From the human T2T-CHM13v2.0 reference genome, Homo sapiens: a stretch of DNA of 64,000 nt. The translations under genes and the position numbers were made by a program. The stretch lies in NCBI RefSeq assembly GCF_009914755.1, contig NC_060926.1; one strand, given 5' to 3'. Below the pieces are notes generated by a model. That model searched no databases. It saw only the letters and a program-made list of their open reading frames with translations, and was not told where the DNA came from. Positions 12,541 to 25,064 of the stretch are shown piece by piece (positions within the stretch are counted from its first letter, which is position 1; the number at the start of each line of letters is the position of its first letter).

Positions 12541-13493
12541 CAGGGAGCACAGTGAACACTGCCTGCCTTTACGTAACCCGCGAGGCCATCCCCAGTGGGG
12601 CCCAAGGCATCACAAAGGCCCCTGCTTGCAGGATGCTCAGAGTTCTCTGCTGTCTCCACAGCTGGCATCCAGCCTCACAGACACCCTCAGCCCAGATGAG
12701 GTCCTCAGTGTCCCCATGCTGAGAGTCACAGGCAGATGCCAGCAGGACCCGGCCTGCCTCTTCCTCAGGGGAGGCCTGGACGAGGCTTCTGGGTCAGGAC
12801 GTGACCCTGGATGGGGCACCAGGCAGCTGCAGTGAGTGGCCAGGACTCAGGCTGTGGGGGCCTCCCTGCCCTGCGTGGGGGTGGGGTGGGGCCAAGGAAG
12901 CCCCAGGCCTTCAATTTAGGATTTGCTTCATCAAACGGATCAATTCAGGCTCAAGATAAGCAGCCTCAAAACTCTCTCCCTGGAGAGCCAGTGGAGCTTC
13001 CTGTTGGAACTCAGTCCCGTGGGACCCTTCCGGGCAGATGGTGGGGGAGGCTGTGCCCATCCCTGCCACACCTGGCCCCCATCGTGTCCCTCCATGCACC
13101 GCAGACATGTTCTCCTGCTGACCTCCACCCTGCAGACGGGCCCGGGTCTCCCCCTGACTGTGTGGGACACAGAGGGGCTCTGCCGACCCCGGGGAAGGAA
13201 AGAACGGGAGGAATGTGAAGTGCTCGCAGGACTCAGCACAGCCGCCTGGGCCCAGCCTCTCCTCCTGCAGGCCAGGACAGCTGAGTGAGATCCCCCAAGG
13301 CCCCTTCCTGTCTCAAATTTCTTCAATTTTTACAATTAAAGGAAGAGAAGAAGAAAGACGTGCTCTCCTCTCTCATGCCCATGGCTTGATGACATTTTCT
13401 TCTAAACACTGAAGATCCTCAGGTAGCTGGGATTCTGTGGCTGCTCCAAAACCCCGGCACACGGGTCCATTTTCCCAGGCCAGTGAGTCCTGG

Positions 13494-13715
13494 CTCCCCA
13501 CTCCTGCCTCCTTCCGGTCTTCTCCCCACTCCTGCCTCCTTCCGGTCTTCTCCCCACTCCTGCCTCCTTCCGGTCTTCTCCCCACTCCTGCCTCCTTCCG
13601 GTCTTCTCCCCACTCCTGCCTCCTTCCGGTCTTCTCCCCACTCCTGCCTCCTTCCGGTCTTCTCCCCACTCCTGCCTCCTTCCGGTCTTCTCCCCACTCC
13701 TGCCTCCTTCCGGTC
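13494..13715. repeat. 28-bp VNTR, ~8 perfect copies (CCGGT variant)
   Basis: ctcctgcctccttccggtcttctcccca repeated. Confidence 0.97.
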
Positions 13716-14009
13716 TTTTTTTTTTTTTTTTGAGACAGAGCCTTGCACTGTCGCTCAGGCTGGAGTGGCGTTATCTCGGCTCACTGCAAGCTCCGCCTCC
13801 CGGGTTCAGGCCATTCTCCCGCCTCAGCCTCCTGAGTAGCTGGAACTACAGGTGCCTGCCACCACACCCGGCTAATTTTTTGGAATTTTTAATAGAGATG
13901 GGGTTTCACCGTGTTAGCCAGGATGGTCTCGATCTCCTGACCTTGTGATCCGCCCCACCTCGGCCTCCCGAAGTGCTGGGATTACAGGCGTGAGCCACCG
14001 CGCCCGGCC
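13716..14009 (-). mobile_element. AluY
   Basis: Antisense Alu with Y diagnostics (gcaagctccgcc, ccgtgttagccaggatggtctcgatctcctgacc); probable TSD ccttc(c/t)g(g/a)tctt. Confidence 0.95.
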
Positions 14010-14065
14010 CCTTCTGATCTTCTTAAACAAGTTTGAAGCTCTCCATTTTTCCAGGCGAGTCCTGG

Positions 14066-14178
14066 CTCCCCACTCTTGCCTCCTTCTGATCTTCTCCCCA
14101 CTCCTGCCTCCTTCTGATCTTCTCCCCACTCCTGCCTCCTTCTGATCTTCTCCCCACTCCTGCCTCCTTCTGATCTTC
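14066..14178. repeat. 28-bp VNTR, ~4 copies (CTGAT variant)
   Basis: ctcctgcctccttctgatcttctcccca repeated. Confidence 0.95.
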
Positions 14179-14964
14179 TTAAACAAGTTTGAGTCTCCAG
14201 GTGAAGATCGTGGAGGCCTCATCCTGCTTGCTCAACTTGGCAGCTGGGCGGTTTCCCCCATGGCAGGTGGAGAGCTGGACCCTACCCCACCACAAGCTGC
14301 ATCTGTCCCGCCTTCTCAAAGGCAGCAATTCTGAGAGCCTGATGGCTTCATCCAGAAAATAAAAAGGAAAGGCCACGTGGAAGGGTTTTGTGCAGGGAGC
14401 CACTGGCCCAGCTACTGGGCCAACCCGGGAAGAGCAGGGTGAGGAGGGGACGGGAAGGACATGATGAGTGGGTTTTGCCAGTTCTTCTAGCCAGAGACCA
14501 TGCACGGGGCTTGAAAAAACTCTCTCTTCAGCTCGAAAAAGCCTGGACTTTGTCCCTAAATAAGGGGGTATTTTGTGGCTCATCATCCGTAGAAGGAGAA
14601 CTCAGAGGAAAGGGCCTGATCACAGCAGTGAGGCACACTGAGGGGGGGTCCTTCCTGCACTATGAGTGTCCGGGCAGTGGGGCTGTCCTGCCGAACCCCA
14701 CACAGGGCCCCTCACCAGCAGGTCCTCTGAGCCCACCCTGGCACACAGTGGGCTCTTTTGGGAATGGACCCGGGAAAGCTGAATCGCCCCAGCCTGCAGG
14801 ATGCCAGGGCAGGGGCAGCCCCTTATCCTGGCCTCCCCTGGGCCAAGTTCCACCTCTCCTGCCTTCCTCATCTCCTGAACCCCCTCCTCCTCAGCCACAG
14901 AGAGAGCTCCCACCACCCTGGAGAGTGCGGTGGTGACAGTGACAACTGTGGCCATGAGTGCGGC

Positions 14965-15170
14965 TAGGCAGCTTTGTACCCAGGTGCTGTCCTGGTACCT
15001 CACATCTGCTAAGTCATGTCATTCTCAGGACAATAAATGAGCGCAGAAACAGGCAAGAGCCAGTATTACCCCATCTTACAGGTGAGGAAACTGAGGCACG
15101 GGGCAATTAGTGCTCGTCCCCAAATCATAGAGCTGCAGAGTGGTGAATACAGAACAAAACCCCAGCCAGC
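14965..15170 (-). mobile_element. MIR
   Basis: tattaccccatcttacaggtgaggaaactgaggcac core. Confidence 0.75.
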
Positions 15171-15715
15171 CAGAGGCCCTGCTCCCCACACTGCCCTCGT
15201 TCTAGAAGGTTCTGCCGTAAAACCAGTCCCGCCCATTGTGGATGGGACCAACAGAGACTCAACCACACAGGAGAGAGGGATGGAAGATAACCCGGTGCAC
15301 AGAGCACAGGGATGGCTCTGACAGCTCCTGTGCAGCCAGGCTAGTTGAATACGCAAGCAAGCGACCGTGCCCGGGCTGTCTGGACTCCATGTCCATGGCC
15401 TGGTCACCCTCAGCTAGGTGTGGAAACATGCAGCTGGGGGCTTCCTCTGGCCGAGCATGGCAGCTTTAGGCACCACGGCCAGGCAGATTTTCTTCTGCAC
15501 CGCGGTGTCCTCATCCCAGCCTGGTCTCTGCTGAGGAGCTCACTTTCCTGCTCTGTGTGGTGCCCCCACCTTGCAAAGGAAAGGATTCCACCCTGCAGAG
15601 AGTAAAATTGCTGGTGCTCGACGGGAACGCGTGCACGGCAGTCGCTTCCTTGCAAAGCTACTGAAAATCCATGGGGCTGGAACAGGGTGTGGCCTCTGGC
15701 TCTGGGGCTCAGCAG

Positions 15716-16702
15716 TGAAGGGGGCTAGCCCCTCCACACCTGTGGGTATTTCTCGTCAGGTGGGATGAGAGACTGAGAAAAGAAATCAGACACAAAGTAT
15801 AGAGAAAGAACAGTGGTCCCAGGGGACCGGCACTCAGCATATGGAGGACGCGCACCGGCATCGGTCTCTGAGTTCCCTCAGTGTTTACTGATTACTATTT
15901 TCACTATCTCAGCAAGGAGCATGTGGCAGGAGAACAGGGTGATAGTTGGGAGAAGGTCAGCAAGAAAACATGTGAGCAAAGGGATTTGTGTCACAAATAA
16001 GTTCAAGGGAAGGTGCTACGCCTGGATGTGCACACAGGCCAGATTTATGCTTCTCTCCACCCAAGCATCTCAGTGGAGTAAAGAGTAACAGAGGATCACT
16101 GCCACCAGCATCTCTCGTCTCCCACCACAGGGCAGTTTTCTCCTTTCACAGAATAGAACAAATGTACAATCGGGTTTTATACCGAGACATTCCGTTCCCA
16201 GGGGCAGGCAGGAGACAGAGGCCTTTCTCTTATCTCAACCACAAGAAGCCTTCCTCTTTTACTAATCCTCCTCAGCACAGACCCCTCACGGGGGTCGGGC
16301 TGGGGGACGGTCAGGTCTTTCCCATCCCACGAGGCCATATCTCAGGCTATCTCAGTGGGGAGAAACCTTGGACAATACCTGGCTTTCCAGGGCAGAGGTC
16401 CCTGCGGCTTTCCGCAGTGCATTGTGCCCCTGGTTTATCGAGAATGGAGAATGGCGATGACTTTTACCAAGCATGCTGCCTGTAAACATTTTGTTAACAA
16501 GGCACACCCTGCACAGCCCTAGATCCCTTAAACCCTCATTCCATACAACACATGTTTCTGTGAGCTCAAGGTTGGGGCAAAGTTACAGATTAATAGCATC
16601 TCAGGGCAAAACAATTGTTCAGGGTACAGGTCAAAAATGGAGTTTCTTATGTCTTCCTTTTCTACATAGACGCAGTAACAGTCTGATCTCTCTTTCCCTA
16701 CA
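15716..16702 (-). mobile_element. HERV-K(HML-2) solo LTR, LTR5B/LTR5A-like, 987 bp
   Basis: Minus strand starts TGTAGGGAAAGAGAGATCAGACTGTTACTG and ends CCCACAGGTGTGGAGGGGCTAGCCCCCTTCA; perfect 6-bp TSD CAGCAG at 15710-15715 and 16703-16708. Confidence 0.97.
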
Positions 16703-17120
16703 CAGCAGGCCGTGGGGAGTCAGTGGAGGAGAGGAACTGGACTGTGCACCCTTCAGAATCCCCCTTTAAAGTGGAGAGCTGGGGACTGACGGTGTGCCTA
16801 CAATACGGTGTACCTGCGCTCAGTAAAGATACCCGCTGTCAGTCCATCCTCCCACAGTGCCGGCACCTACAAGTGGGGACTGCAGAGCGGGTTTGCCTGG
16901 GAAGAGGAAGCATGATGTGCAGAGTGGGCGGTGCAGCAGACGTGGGAAAAGCAAGAGAAGAAAAGGGAAAACAGCGCAGAAGGAAAGCCATGGTCATGCC
17001 GATGAGTGCGCTGCCCCCTCTACCCGGCTTCAGGAGTCTGATGACTTTTCTTTCACCCTCTAAGCCAAGATAATAGGAAAGCTAAAACGAAGGGCTTCAG
17101 GCTCAGGAAGATCAGAGGCA

Positions 17121-17265
17121 GCAGTGCTGGAGCTGGCTCTGTAAATTTTACTGACTGTTAGATTTTCCGAAAATTTGTGAGCTGGTTGATGGGTTTGTAG
17201 CTGGAAGTCAGTCATAGGTAGAGGGAAAATTTACAACACAGAAATCAGCTAATGCCAAACCTCAG
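17121..17265. mobile_element. MER63-like hAT DNA transposon relic
   Basis: gtgctggagctggctc...aaaatttgtgagctggttg...gtagctggaagtcagtcat...atttacaacacagaaatcagctaatgc. Confidence 0.6.
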
Positions 17266-17334
17266 GACTCCTCCCCACCTTGACAGCAGGTGGGGGACGC
17301 TCGCCGCCGCTTCTGTGGGCCCCGCAGGACACTC

Positions 17335-17472
17335 GGCACTTCTGAGCAAGGTTTCTCGTCTGCAAAGTACGGGCAATAATCCATAATGGCAGGGCTGTCG
17401 TGAGGTTCAGAACAGTGTAAGTGCAGTCTGCAGCCCAGCTTGATAGACAGCATGTTCAAAAAGCATTAACCA
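17335..17472 (+). mobile_element. MIR fragment
   Basis: cacttctgagcaaggtttctcgtctgcaaa...agggctgtcgtgaggtt. Confidence 0.55.
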
Positions 17473-20308
17473 GCACTGATGTTATTACCTTAGACGCACC
17501 GCAGGCCAGCCTGGTAGGTAACCAGAGACCGTTCTAAAACATTGGCCCTGCCGATCAAACAGAAACACAGGCTGGGAAGCCTATTTTTTTAGAGGGTGGA
17601 GGAAGCGCCGCAAGATTTTTCCATAGACCTACGGAAATCAGTTTTTCCAGTTTCTGGAGCTCATTTCAGGACATGCCAGAAAGGCGGTGTTTCATTCCTG
17701 GGCTGGCTCTGCGAGACTGCCTTCTTGCAGCTTCCAAGAGGAGGCACGGAGGTTCCCGGGCTGGACGCCCTGCAGGGAGGGGACATACTTCAGCTGCTCT
17801 ACCAGGAGCCACACGATCAGGGCAGAAAAGTCGGGGCCTTCCAAGTACGCAGGGACCAGAATCTCCCAAATTCCACTGGAAACAGGCCAGCGTGCCCGTT
17901 GGTCGCAGACGAGAGGCTCCTGGGGACACAGCCTCGAGGAAGGGGCAGATACCTCCTCAAGTAATGCCACACCCAGACCTTACCCTGGACCATCTTCAGC
18001 GGCACACAAACCTCAAACAATGACCACTTCCCCTGCGAGTGCCAGGTCCCCAGCCCTCCCTCCCACCCAACCTGTGCCTCCATGTCCTCAGCCCAGCACC
18101 CTCCAGCCACAGGGGCAGGCACCATTTTAAAGTTGGCCATTTCTCACATTAGACAGTGACCTCCTCCATCATCTTGCTGAGGCACAAATCTAAGTCATGT
18201 GCATTTCATTAGCTAATCGTTAGGGGGGAAAGTTAGTATTTGTGTTGATGGCTAGTACTGACCGCAAAAATTAAAAGAAGGTGAAGTGGGCTAAGACAAC
18301 AGTGATTTATAGCCAGGAAAACAAATGTTTTGCATAAATATGAGAGTGGAATGCTAAGTTTGGTGACAGCTCGTATCAGTGACAGAAACAAGAAAAAGCA
18401 ATTTATGAAAAGTTTTTATTGTGTGCTCCAGCCAGAATTTATTTTTATTGCTTCGTAAGTGACTTTAGCTTTGTTTTATAAAACCATTAAGGGTCTGAAT
18501 GGGTCATCAAATTTTCCGGTTCTGTGTTATTAAATTTTAGGAGGAAAATGATGTGCGATGATGGAATTTGAATGGGCAGCCGTTGGTGGATGTTTGAGAA
18601 CGCTTCCCTCGAGAAGCCTCACCGCGGAGCATCCTTCAATCAACCTCAGCCCGTGCTCACTTACCACCCTGACACCCCCATTTCCGAGTCCACATGGCAC
18701 CTCCTGGATGCCACGAATGTTCCCGGGCAGTGCTGTGCCAGCACCTATGAGAGCCTGGCCCGTGTTTGCTGGTGATGTCCTGAAAGAGGCCCAGGTCCTC
18801 CAGGAACACGCAGGGCTGCATAAAGCACACCTCCTCACATTGTCTTAGAGACGATGGGCTTTCTAAGTGTAAAGCACTCTGCAAACACACACGTCACCTC
18901 CTCACCTTCTCCGGCTGAGCACCTGCACCCCCTGGTCTCACCAAGTCCCGCCCCTCACTTCTACCCAAGCTCCACTCCAGGGAGAGGCACCTTCGGCCCA
19001 CAGAGAGTGTTTCGTAAATTATTCATCCAACAAACGTTTGGCTGTCTCTTCCATGCCAGGCGTTGGGTGTGGCCCAGGGTGCCGGACTCTCTGTGAGCTC
19101 ACGCACAGGCTGCGGCAGAGACAGTCAGTCCAGACGTCGCAGGTGATGCATGAAGTCAGAGGGCCTGGGAGCAATGCCATGTGCAGCCGATGTTTGCGGG
19201 GGAACTCTGTATAGTGTGGTGGACCCGAATCGCCAGCAACAGAGGACACGTGCACCTGGCAGCAGCCTCTGGAGACAGGACGCCCTCGTGTGCTGGGCCA
19301 GGGCCCAGGGACCTGGGAGCCAGGGCTGCAGCTTGCGAAGCTTGGGCAGGACTCAGTGTTTCCTCCCAAATGATTCAGAAACCTCTGGAAAGTTATGAGA
19401 ATGAAGGAAATTGGGCTGATGTCTCCAAAGGACTCTTCAGGCTTTGGGGTGGGGGGAGCAAAAGCCGGGAGAATGGGGCAGGGTGGGCCTGTCCATGTCT
19501 GCACGCGGGCCCAAGAGGTAGCCATGGCAGTGATGAGGCAGGGGCACAAGGGAAGGGAAGGCTCAGAGCAGGTTTGCTGGAGCCCATCCTCAGAAGGGAG
19601 TCTCTGCTGAGGTCGAAGAGGCCTTTGATGGGGCTTCAGAGTCTGTGACATTCCAACTTCGAACCACTGCTGGGTTCACGTGGAGGTGCAATAATGATAA
19701 TAACAAGCTTGGGGGTTCTAGTGTGATCTTGCTCCCCGTGGGCGGATTCCGTACACTGGTGACTTGTAAGGACTTCACATTCTTAGTATGACAGAAGCCT
19801 TCAATCTCAAATACAAACTCATTCAGGCCCACAGGCGCTGCTGTAAAACGTCCTGTGCAGAAGGTAGAGGCGTCCAAAACTGCCTTGTGAACTGGTTTTT
19901 GCTGGCAGCATTTAAATCCACTTCCCTCAACCCCCAAAATGGAAAAACAATTTTCATTTGGAAGAGCTCTGGACGCCGTGGTCGGTGAGAACAACCTTCT
20001 TGGAGCCTGCGGTTTCCTGCGGGGAGGGGTTTCCTGTGCCCTGGGCCACACGTGGACTTCTCTCCCTGAGGCAGGATGTGGGTTGGGGCGTTGGGTCCCC
20101 AGGCTTGAGATCTCTGGGTCCATTGAATCTCAGCAAAACACTGGCTCCCAGAAGAAAGGGGAAGCTGGGTGGCTCCCATGGGCCACAGGTCCCCTGAATG
20201 CCCTGCTTATCCCTCCCACCCACAGCATTCCTGAGCCCACGGTCAGGCCACATCCTGGGGGACAACCCTGTGTGCTGAAGCAGCTGCGGCCATGCCCAGG
20301 CCACAGGA

Positions 20309-20700
20309 GAGTCCCCGACACAATCCTGGGAGGCCGTGGTCCCTCGTTGTACCAAGTCACCCTCTACACTAAACCACCTGCTACACCAGTAAACCAGCCA
20401 CTACACCGGTAAACCAGCCGCTACACCAGTAAACCAGGGGAGTCCCTGACACAATCCTGGGAGGCCGTGGTCCCTCATTGTACCAAGTCACCCTCTACAC
20501 TAAACCACCTGCTACACCAGTAAACCAGCCACTACACCGGTAAACCAGCCGCTACACCAGTAAACCAGGGGAGTCCCTGACACAATCCTGGGAGGCCGTG
20601 GTCCCTCGTTGTACCAAGTCACCCTCTATACTAAACCACCTGCTACACCAGTAAACCAGTCGCTATACCAGTAAACCAGCCGCTACACCAGTAAACCAGC
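20309..20700. repeat. 131-bp triplication of the flank/minisatellite junction
   Basis: gtccc(c/t)gacacaatcctgggaggccgtggtccctc starts at 20311, 20442 and 20573. Confidence 0.95.
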
Positions 20701-23061
20701 TGCTACACCAGTAAACCAACTGCTATACTGGTAAACCAACCACTCATTACATCAGTAAACCAGCCGCTACACCAGTAAGCCAGCCGCTACACCAGCATGC
20801 CAGCCGCTACACCAGCATACCAGCCACTACACCAGCAAACCAGCTGCTACACCAGTATACCAGCGGCCACACCAGTAAACCAGCCGCTACACCAATAAGC
20901 CAGCCGCTACAACAGTAAGCCACCCGCTACACCAGTAAACCAGCCGCTACACCAATAAGCCAGCCGCTACAACAGTAAGCCACCCGCTACACCAGTAAAC
21001 CAGCCGCTACACCAGTAAACCAGCCGCTATACCAGTAAGCCAGCCGCTACACCAGTATGCCAGCCGCTACACCAGTATGCCAGCCGCTATACCAGTAAAC
21101 CAGCCGCTACACCAGTATGCCAGCCGCTACACCAGTAAGCCAACCGCTACACCAGTATGCCAACCACTACACCAGTAAACCAGCCGCTACACCAGTAAGC
21201 CAGCCGCTACACCAGTAAACCAACCACTCATTACATCAGTAAGCCAGCCACTACACCAGTATGCCAGCCACTACACCAGTAAGCCAGCCACTACACCAGT
21301 AAGCCAGCCACTACACCAGTAAACCAACCACTCATTACATCAGTAAGCCAGCTACTACACCAGTAAACCAACCACTCATTACATCAGTAAGCCAGCCACT
21401 ACACCAGTAAGCCAGCCACTACACCAGTAAGCCAGCCACTACACCAGTAAACCAACCACTCATTACATCAGTAAGCCAGCTACTACACCAGTAAACCAAC
21501 CACTCATTACATCAGTAAGCCAGCCACTACACCAGTATGCCAGCCACTACACCAGTAAGCCAGCCACTACACCAGTAAGCCAGCCACTACACCAGTAAAC
21601 CAACCACTCATTACATCAGTAAGCCAGCTACTACACCAGTAAGCCAGCCACTACACCAGTAAACCAACCACTCATTACATCAGTAAGCCAGCCACTACAC
21701 CAGTAAGCCAGCCACTACACCAGTATGCCAGCCACTATACCAGTAAGCCAGCCACTACACCAGTAAGCCAGCCACTACACCAGTATGCCAGCCGCTACAC
21801 CAGTAAGCCAGCCACTACACCAGTATACCAGCCACTACACTGGTAAATCACCCATTACACCAGTAAACCAACCATCACACCAGTAAACCAGCTACTACAC
21901 TGGTAAATCTACCACTATACCAGTAAACCAACCACTATACCAGTAAACCAGCCACTATACTGCTAAACCAAGTACTACATCGGTAAACCAACCACAATAT
22001 TGGTAAACCAACCACCACACCAGTAAACCAGCTACTACACTGGCAAATCAACCACTACACAAGTAAACCAACCACTACACTGGTAAAGCAACCACTATAC
22101 CAGTAAACCAACCACCATACCAGTAAACCAGCTACTACACTGGTCAATCAACCACTACACAAATAAACCAACCACTTCACTGGTAAACCAACCACTATAC
22201 CAGTAAACCAACCACCATACCAGTAAACCAGCTACTACACTGGTAAACCAACCACCACACCAGTAAACCAGCTACTACACTGGCAAATCAACCACTACAC
22301 AAGTAAACCAACCACTACACTGGTAAAGCAACCACTATACCAGTAAACCAACCACCATACCAGTAAACCAGCTACTACACTGGTAAATCAACCACTACAC
22401 AAATAAACCAACCACTTCACTGGTAAACCAACCACTATACCAGTAAACCAACCACCATACCAGTAAACCAGCTACTACACTGATAAATCAACCAATACAC
22501 CAGTAAATCAGCCACTATACTGCTAAACCAACCACAATACCAATAAATCAACCACTGCATTGGTAAACCAGCCACCAAACCAGTAAACAAGCCACTCCAC
22601 AAGTAAACCAGCCACTATGCTGGTAAACCACCCACTAAACTGGTAATCCAACCACTACATCGGTAAACTAGCCACTACACCCAGTAAATCAGCCACTATA
22701 CTGGTAAAGCATCCATTACACCAGTAAACCACCCACTTACGTTGGTAAACCAATCACCATGCTAACCACTACACAGGTAAACCACCCATTACAGCAATAA
22801 ACAACCACTATACCAGTAAACCAAACACTGTACCAGTAAATCAACCACTATACTGATAAACCAACTACTACACAAGTAAATGAACCACTATACCGGTAAA
22901 CCAACCACTATATGAGTAAACCAGCCACTATACCAGTAAACCAACCACCACACCAGTAAACCAGTCACTATATCAGTAAACCAACCACTACACCAGTAAA
23001 CCAATTATTTTATGAATAAACCAGCTGTTTCACCAGTAAACCAACAATTACACTGGTAACC
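20630..23061. repeat. 20-bp minisatellite, ~120 copies
   Basis: Unit ctacaccagtaaaccagcc(a/g), with longer cattacatcag variants and a diverged 3' part. Confidence 0.98.
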
Positions 23062-23583
23062 TGGCAATGATGCCAATGACCACCACAGGGACCGCCCACC
23101 AGCCAGGACACTGGCACCCAGCTCTTCCAAAGCAGCAGACATGGTCCCTGCAGCCAGAGAGAGCCAGCCCCTCGCAGCAGACGCCGGGTCGTCAGGGACC
23201 TGCTGCATTGGTCCCCGGAGCCTTTCCAGAACTCTGCCTGGCATGGTCCTGGGTCACTTCCAGTCCCCAGCTGGGCAGAGGAGAGGACACCAGTTTTCCT
23301 CCATGCAGTAGTGACAGAGAGCCATTGAGGATTCTTGAGGAGGGAGGGGACTGAAGAAAAATATGTGGTCAGCGGTTTCGGACAGGGATTTGCTAACCTT
23401 GCAAGTCTCGTCATTACAACAGAATGAAAAGGGATATTTGACATATTTTATTTCTCAAATTGCAGCTACAGTTTTGAATGCCCTGATTATGTTGTGTTGA
23501 TTAGTGACCTAATGATCTCTCTTTTCTTTTACGTCGTTAGATTTCAGACTGAAGACAGTGCAGTGGGTCTGGAATAAATGTTT

Positions 23584-24855
23584 GCAACACAGGGGACGTG
23601 GCTTCCAGTGCTGGAGGCAGCCACGACGGCCACGACACGGGGGACGTGGGTTCCAGTGACGGCCGCGACGCAGGGGACGTGGGTTCCAGTGACGGGCGCG
23701 ATGCAGGGGACATGGGTTCCAGCATTGGAGGCAGCCGTGACGGCCGCGATGCAGGGGGCGTGGGTTCCAGTGACGGCCGCGACGCAGGGGACGTGGGTTC
23801 CAGTGACGGCCGCGACGCAGGGGACGTGGGTTCCAGTGACGGCCGCGACGCAGGGGCGTGGGTTCCAGCGTTGGAGGCAGCCGTGATGGCCGCGATGCAA
23901 GGGGCGTGGGTTCCAGCGTTGGAGGCAGCCACGATGGCCGCAACACAGGGGACGTGGGTTCCAGTGACGGCCGCGACGCAGGGGACGTGGGTTCCAGTGA
24001 CGGCCGCGACGCAGGGGACGTGGGTTCCAGCATTGGAGGCAGCCGTGATGGCCGCGACGCAGGGGGCGTGGGTTCCAGTGACGGCCGCGACGCAGGGGAC
24101 GTGGGTTCCAGCATTGGAGGCAGCCGTGACGGCCGCGATGCAGGGGGCGTGGGTTCCAGTGACGGCCGCGACGCAGGGGACGTGGGTTCCAGCATTGGAG
24201 GCAGCCGTGACGGCCGCGATGCAGGGGGCGTGGGTTCCAGTGACGGCCGCGACGCAGGGGACGTGGGTTCCAGTGACGGCCGCGACGCAGGGGACGTGGG
24301 TTCCAGTGACGGCCGCGTCGCAGGGGCGTGGGTTCCAGTGACGGCCGCGACGCAGGGGCGTGGGTTCCAGCGTTGGAGGCAGCCGTGACGGCCGCGATGC
24401 AGGGGGCGTGGGTTCCAGTGACGGCCGCGACGCAGGGGACGTGGGTTCCAGTGACGGCCGCGACGCAGGGGACGTGGGTTCCAGTGACGGCCGCGTCGCA
24501 GGGGCGTGGGTTCCAGTGACGGCCGCGACGCAGGGGCGTGGGTTCCAGCGTTGGAGGCAGCCGTGACGGCCGCGATGCAGGGGGCGTGGGTTCCAGTGAC
24601 GGCCGCGACGCAGGGGACGTGGGTTCCAGTGACGGCCGCGACGCAGGGGACGTGGGTTCCAGTGACGGCCGCGTCGCAGGGGCGTGGGTTCCAGTGACGG
24701 CCGCGACGCAGGGGCGTGGGTTCCAGCGTTGGAGGCAGCCGTGATGGCCGCGATGCAGGGGGCGTGGGTTCCAGCGTTGGAGGCAGCCGTGATGGCCGCG
24801 ATGCAGGGGCGTGGGTTCCAGCGTTGGAGGCAGCCGTGATGGCCGCGATGCAGGG
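23584..24855. repeat. CpG-rich VNTR with 32/33-bp and 47/48-bp units
   Basis: cgtgggttccagtgacggccgcgacgcagggga with or without the 15-bp insert c(a/g)ttggaggcagccg; 178-bp higher-order period. Confidence 0.98.
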
Positions 24856-25064
24856 AGTGAATAATCAGCGTGTGCGTCCAGGCAGCAGGTTCCAAGCAGA
24901 AGCTTTCCTCCTGTGACTTTGAAAAGTGACCTCCTTGTCAGTTTCTTACTCACTGAACTATAAACTAGAATACGAGTATGGACTCAATGTAAATGCAAAT
25001 CGATAGAAATAAAATTGTGGCTTTTAAATGTGACATTTTCCATGAGGAGTAAAGAGTTGGAGGC

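Noticed and set aside
15716-16702. SVA element (SINE-R)
   Set aside because: It is a complete LTR with TG..CA ends and a 6-bp TSD; there is no hexamer, Alu-like domain, SVA VNTR or poly(A).
23509-24953. Overlapping 228-469 aa mucin-like ORFs
   Set aside because: They come from a GC-rich VNTR with few stops; 32-bp units shift the frame and ORFs occur on both strands.
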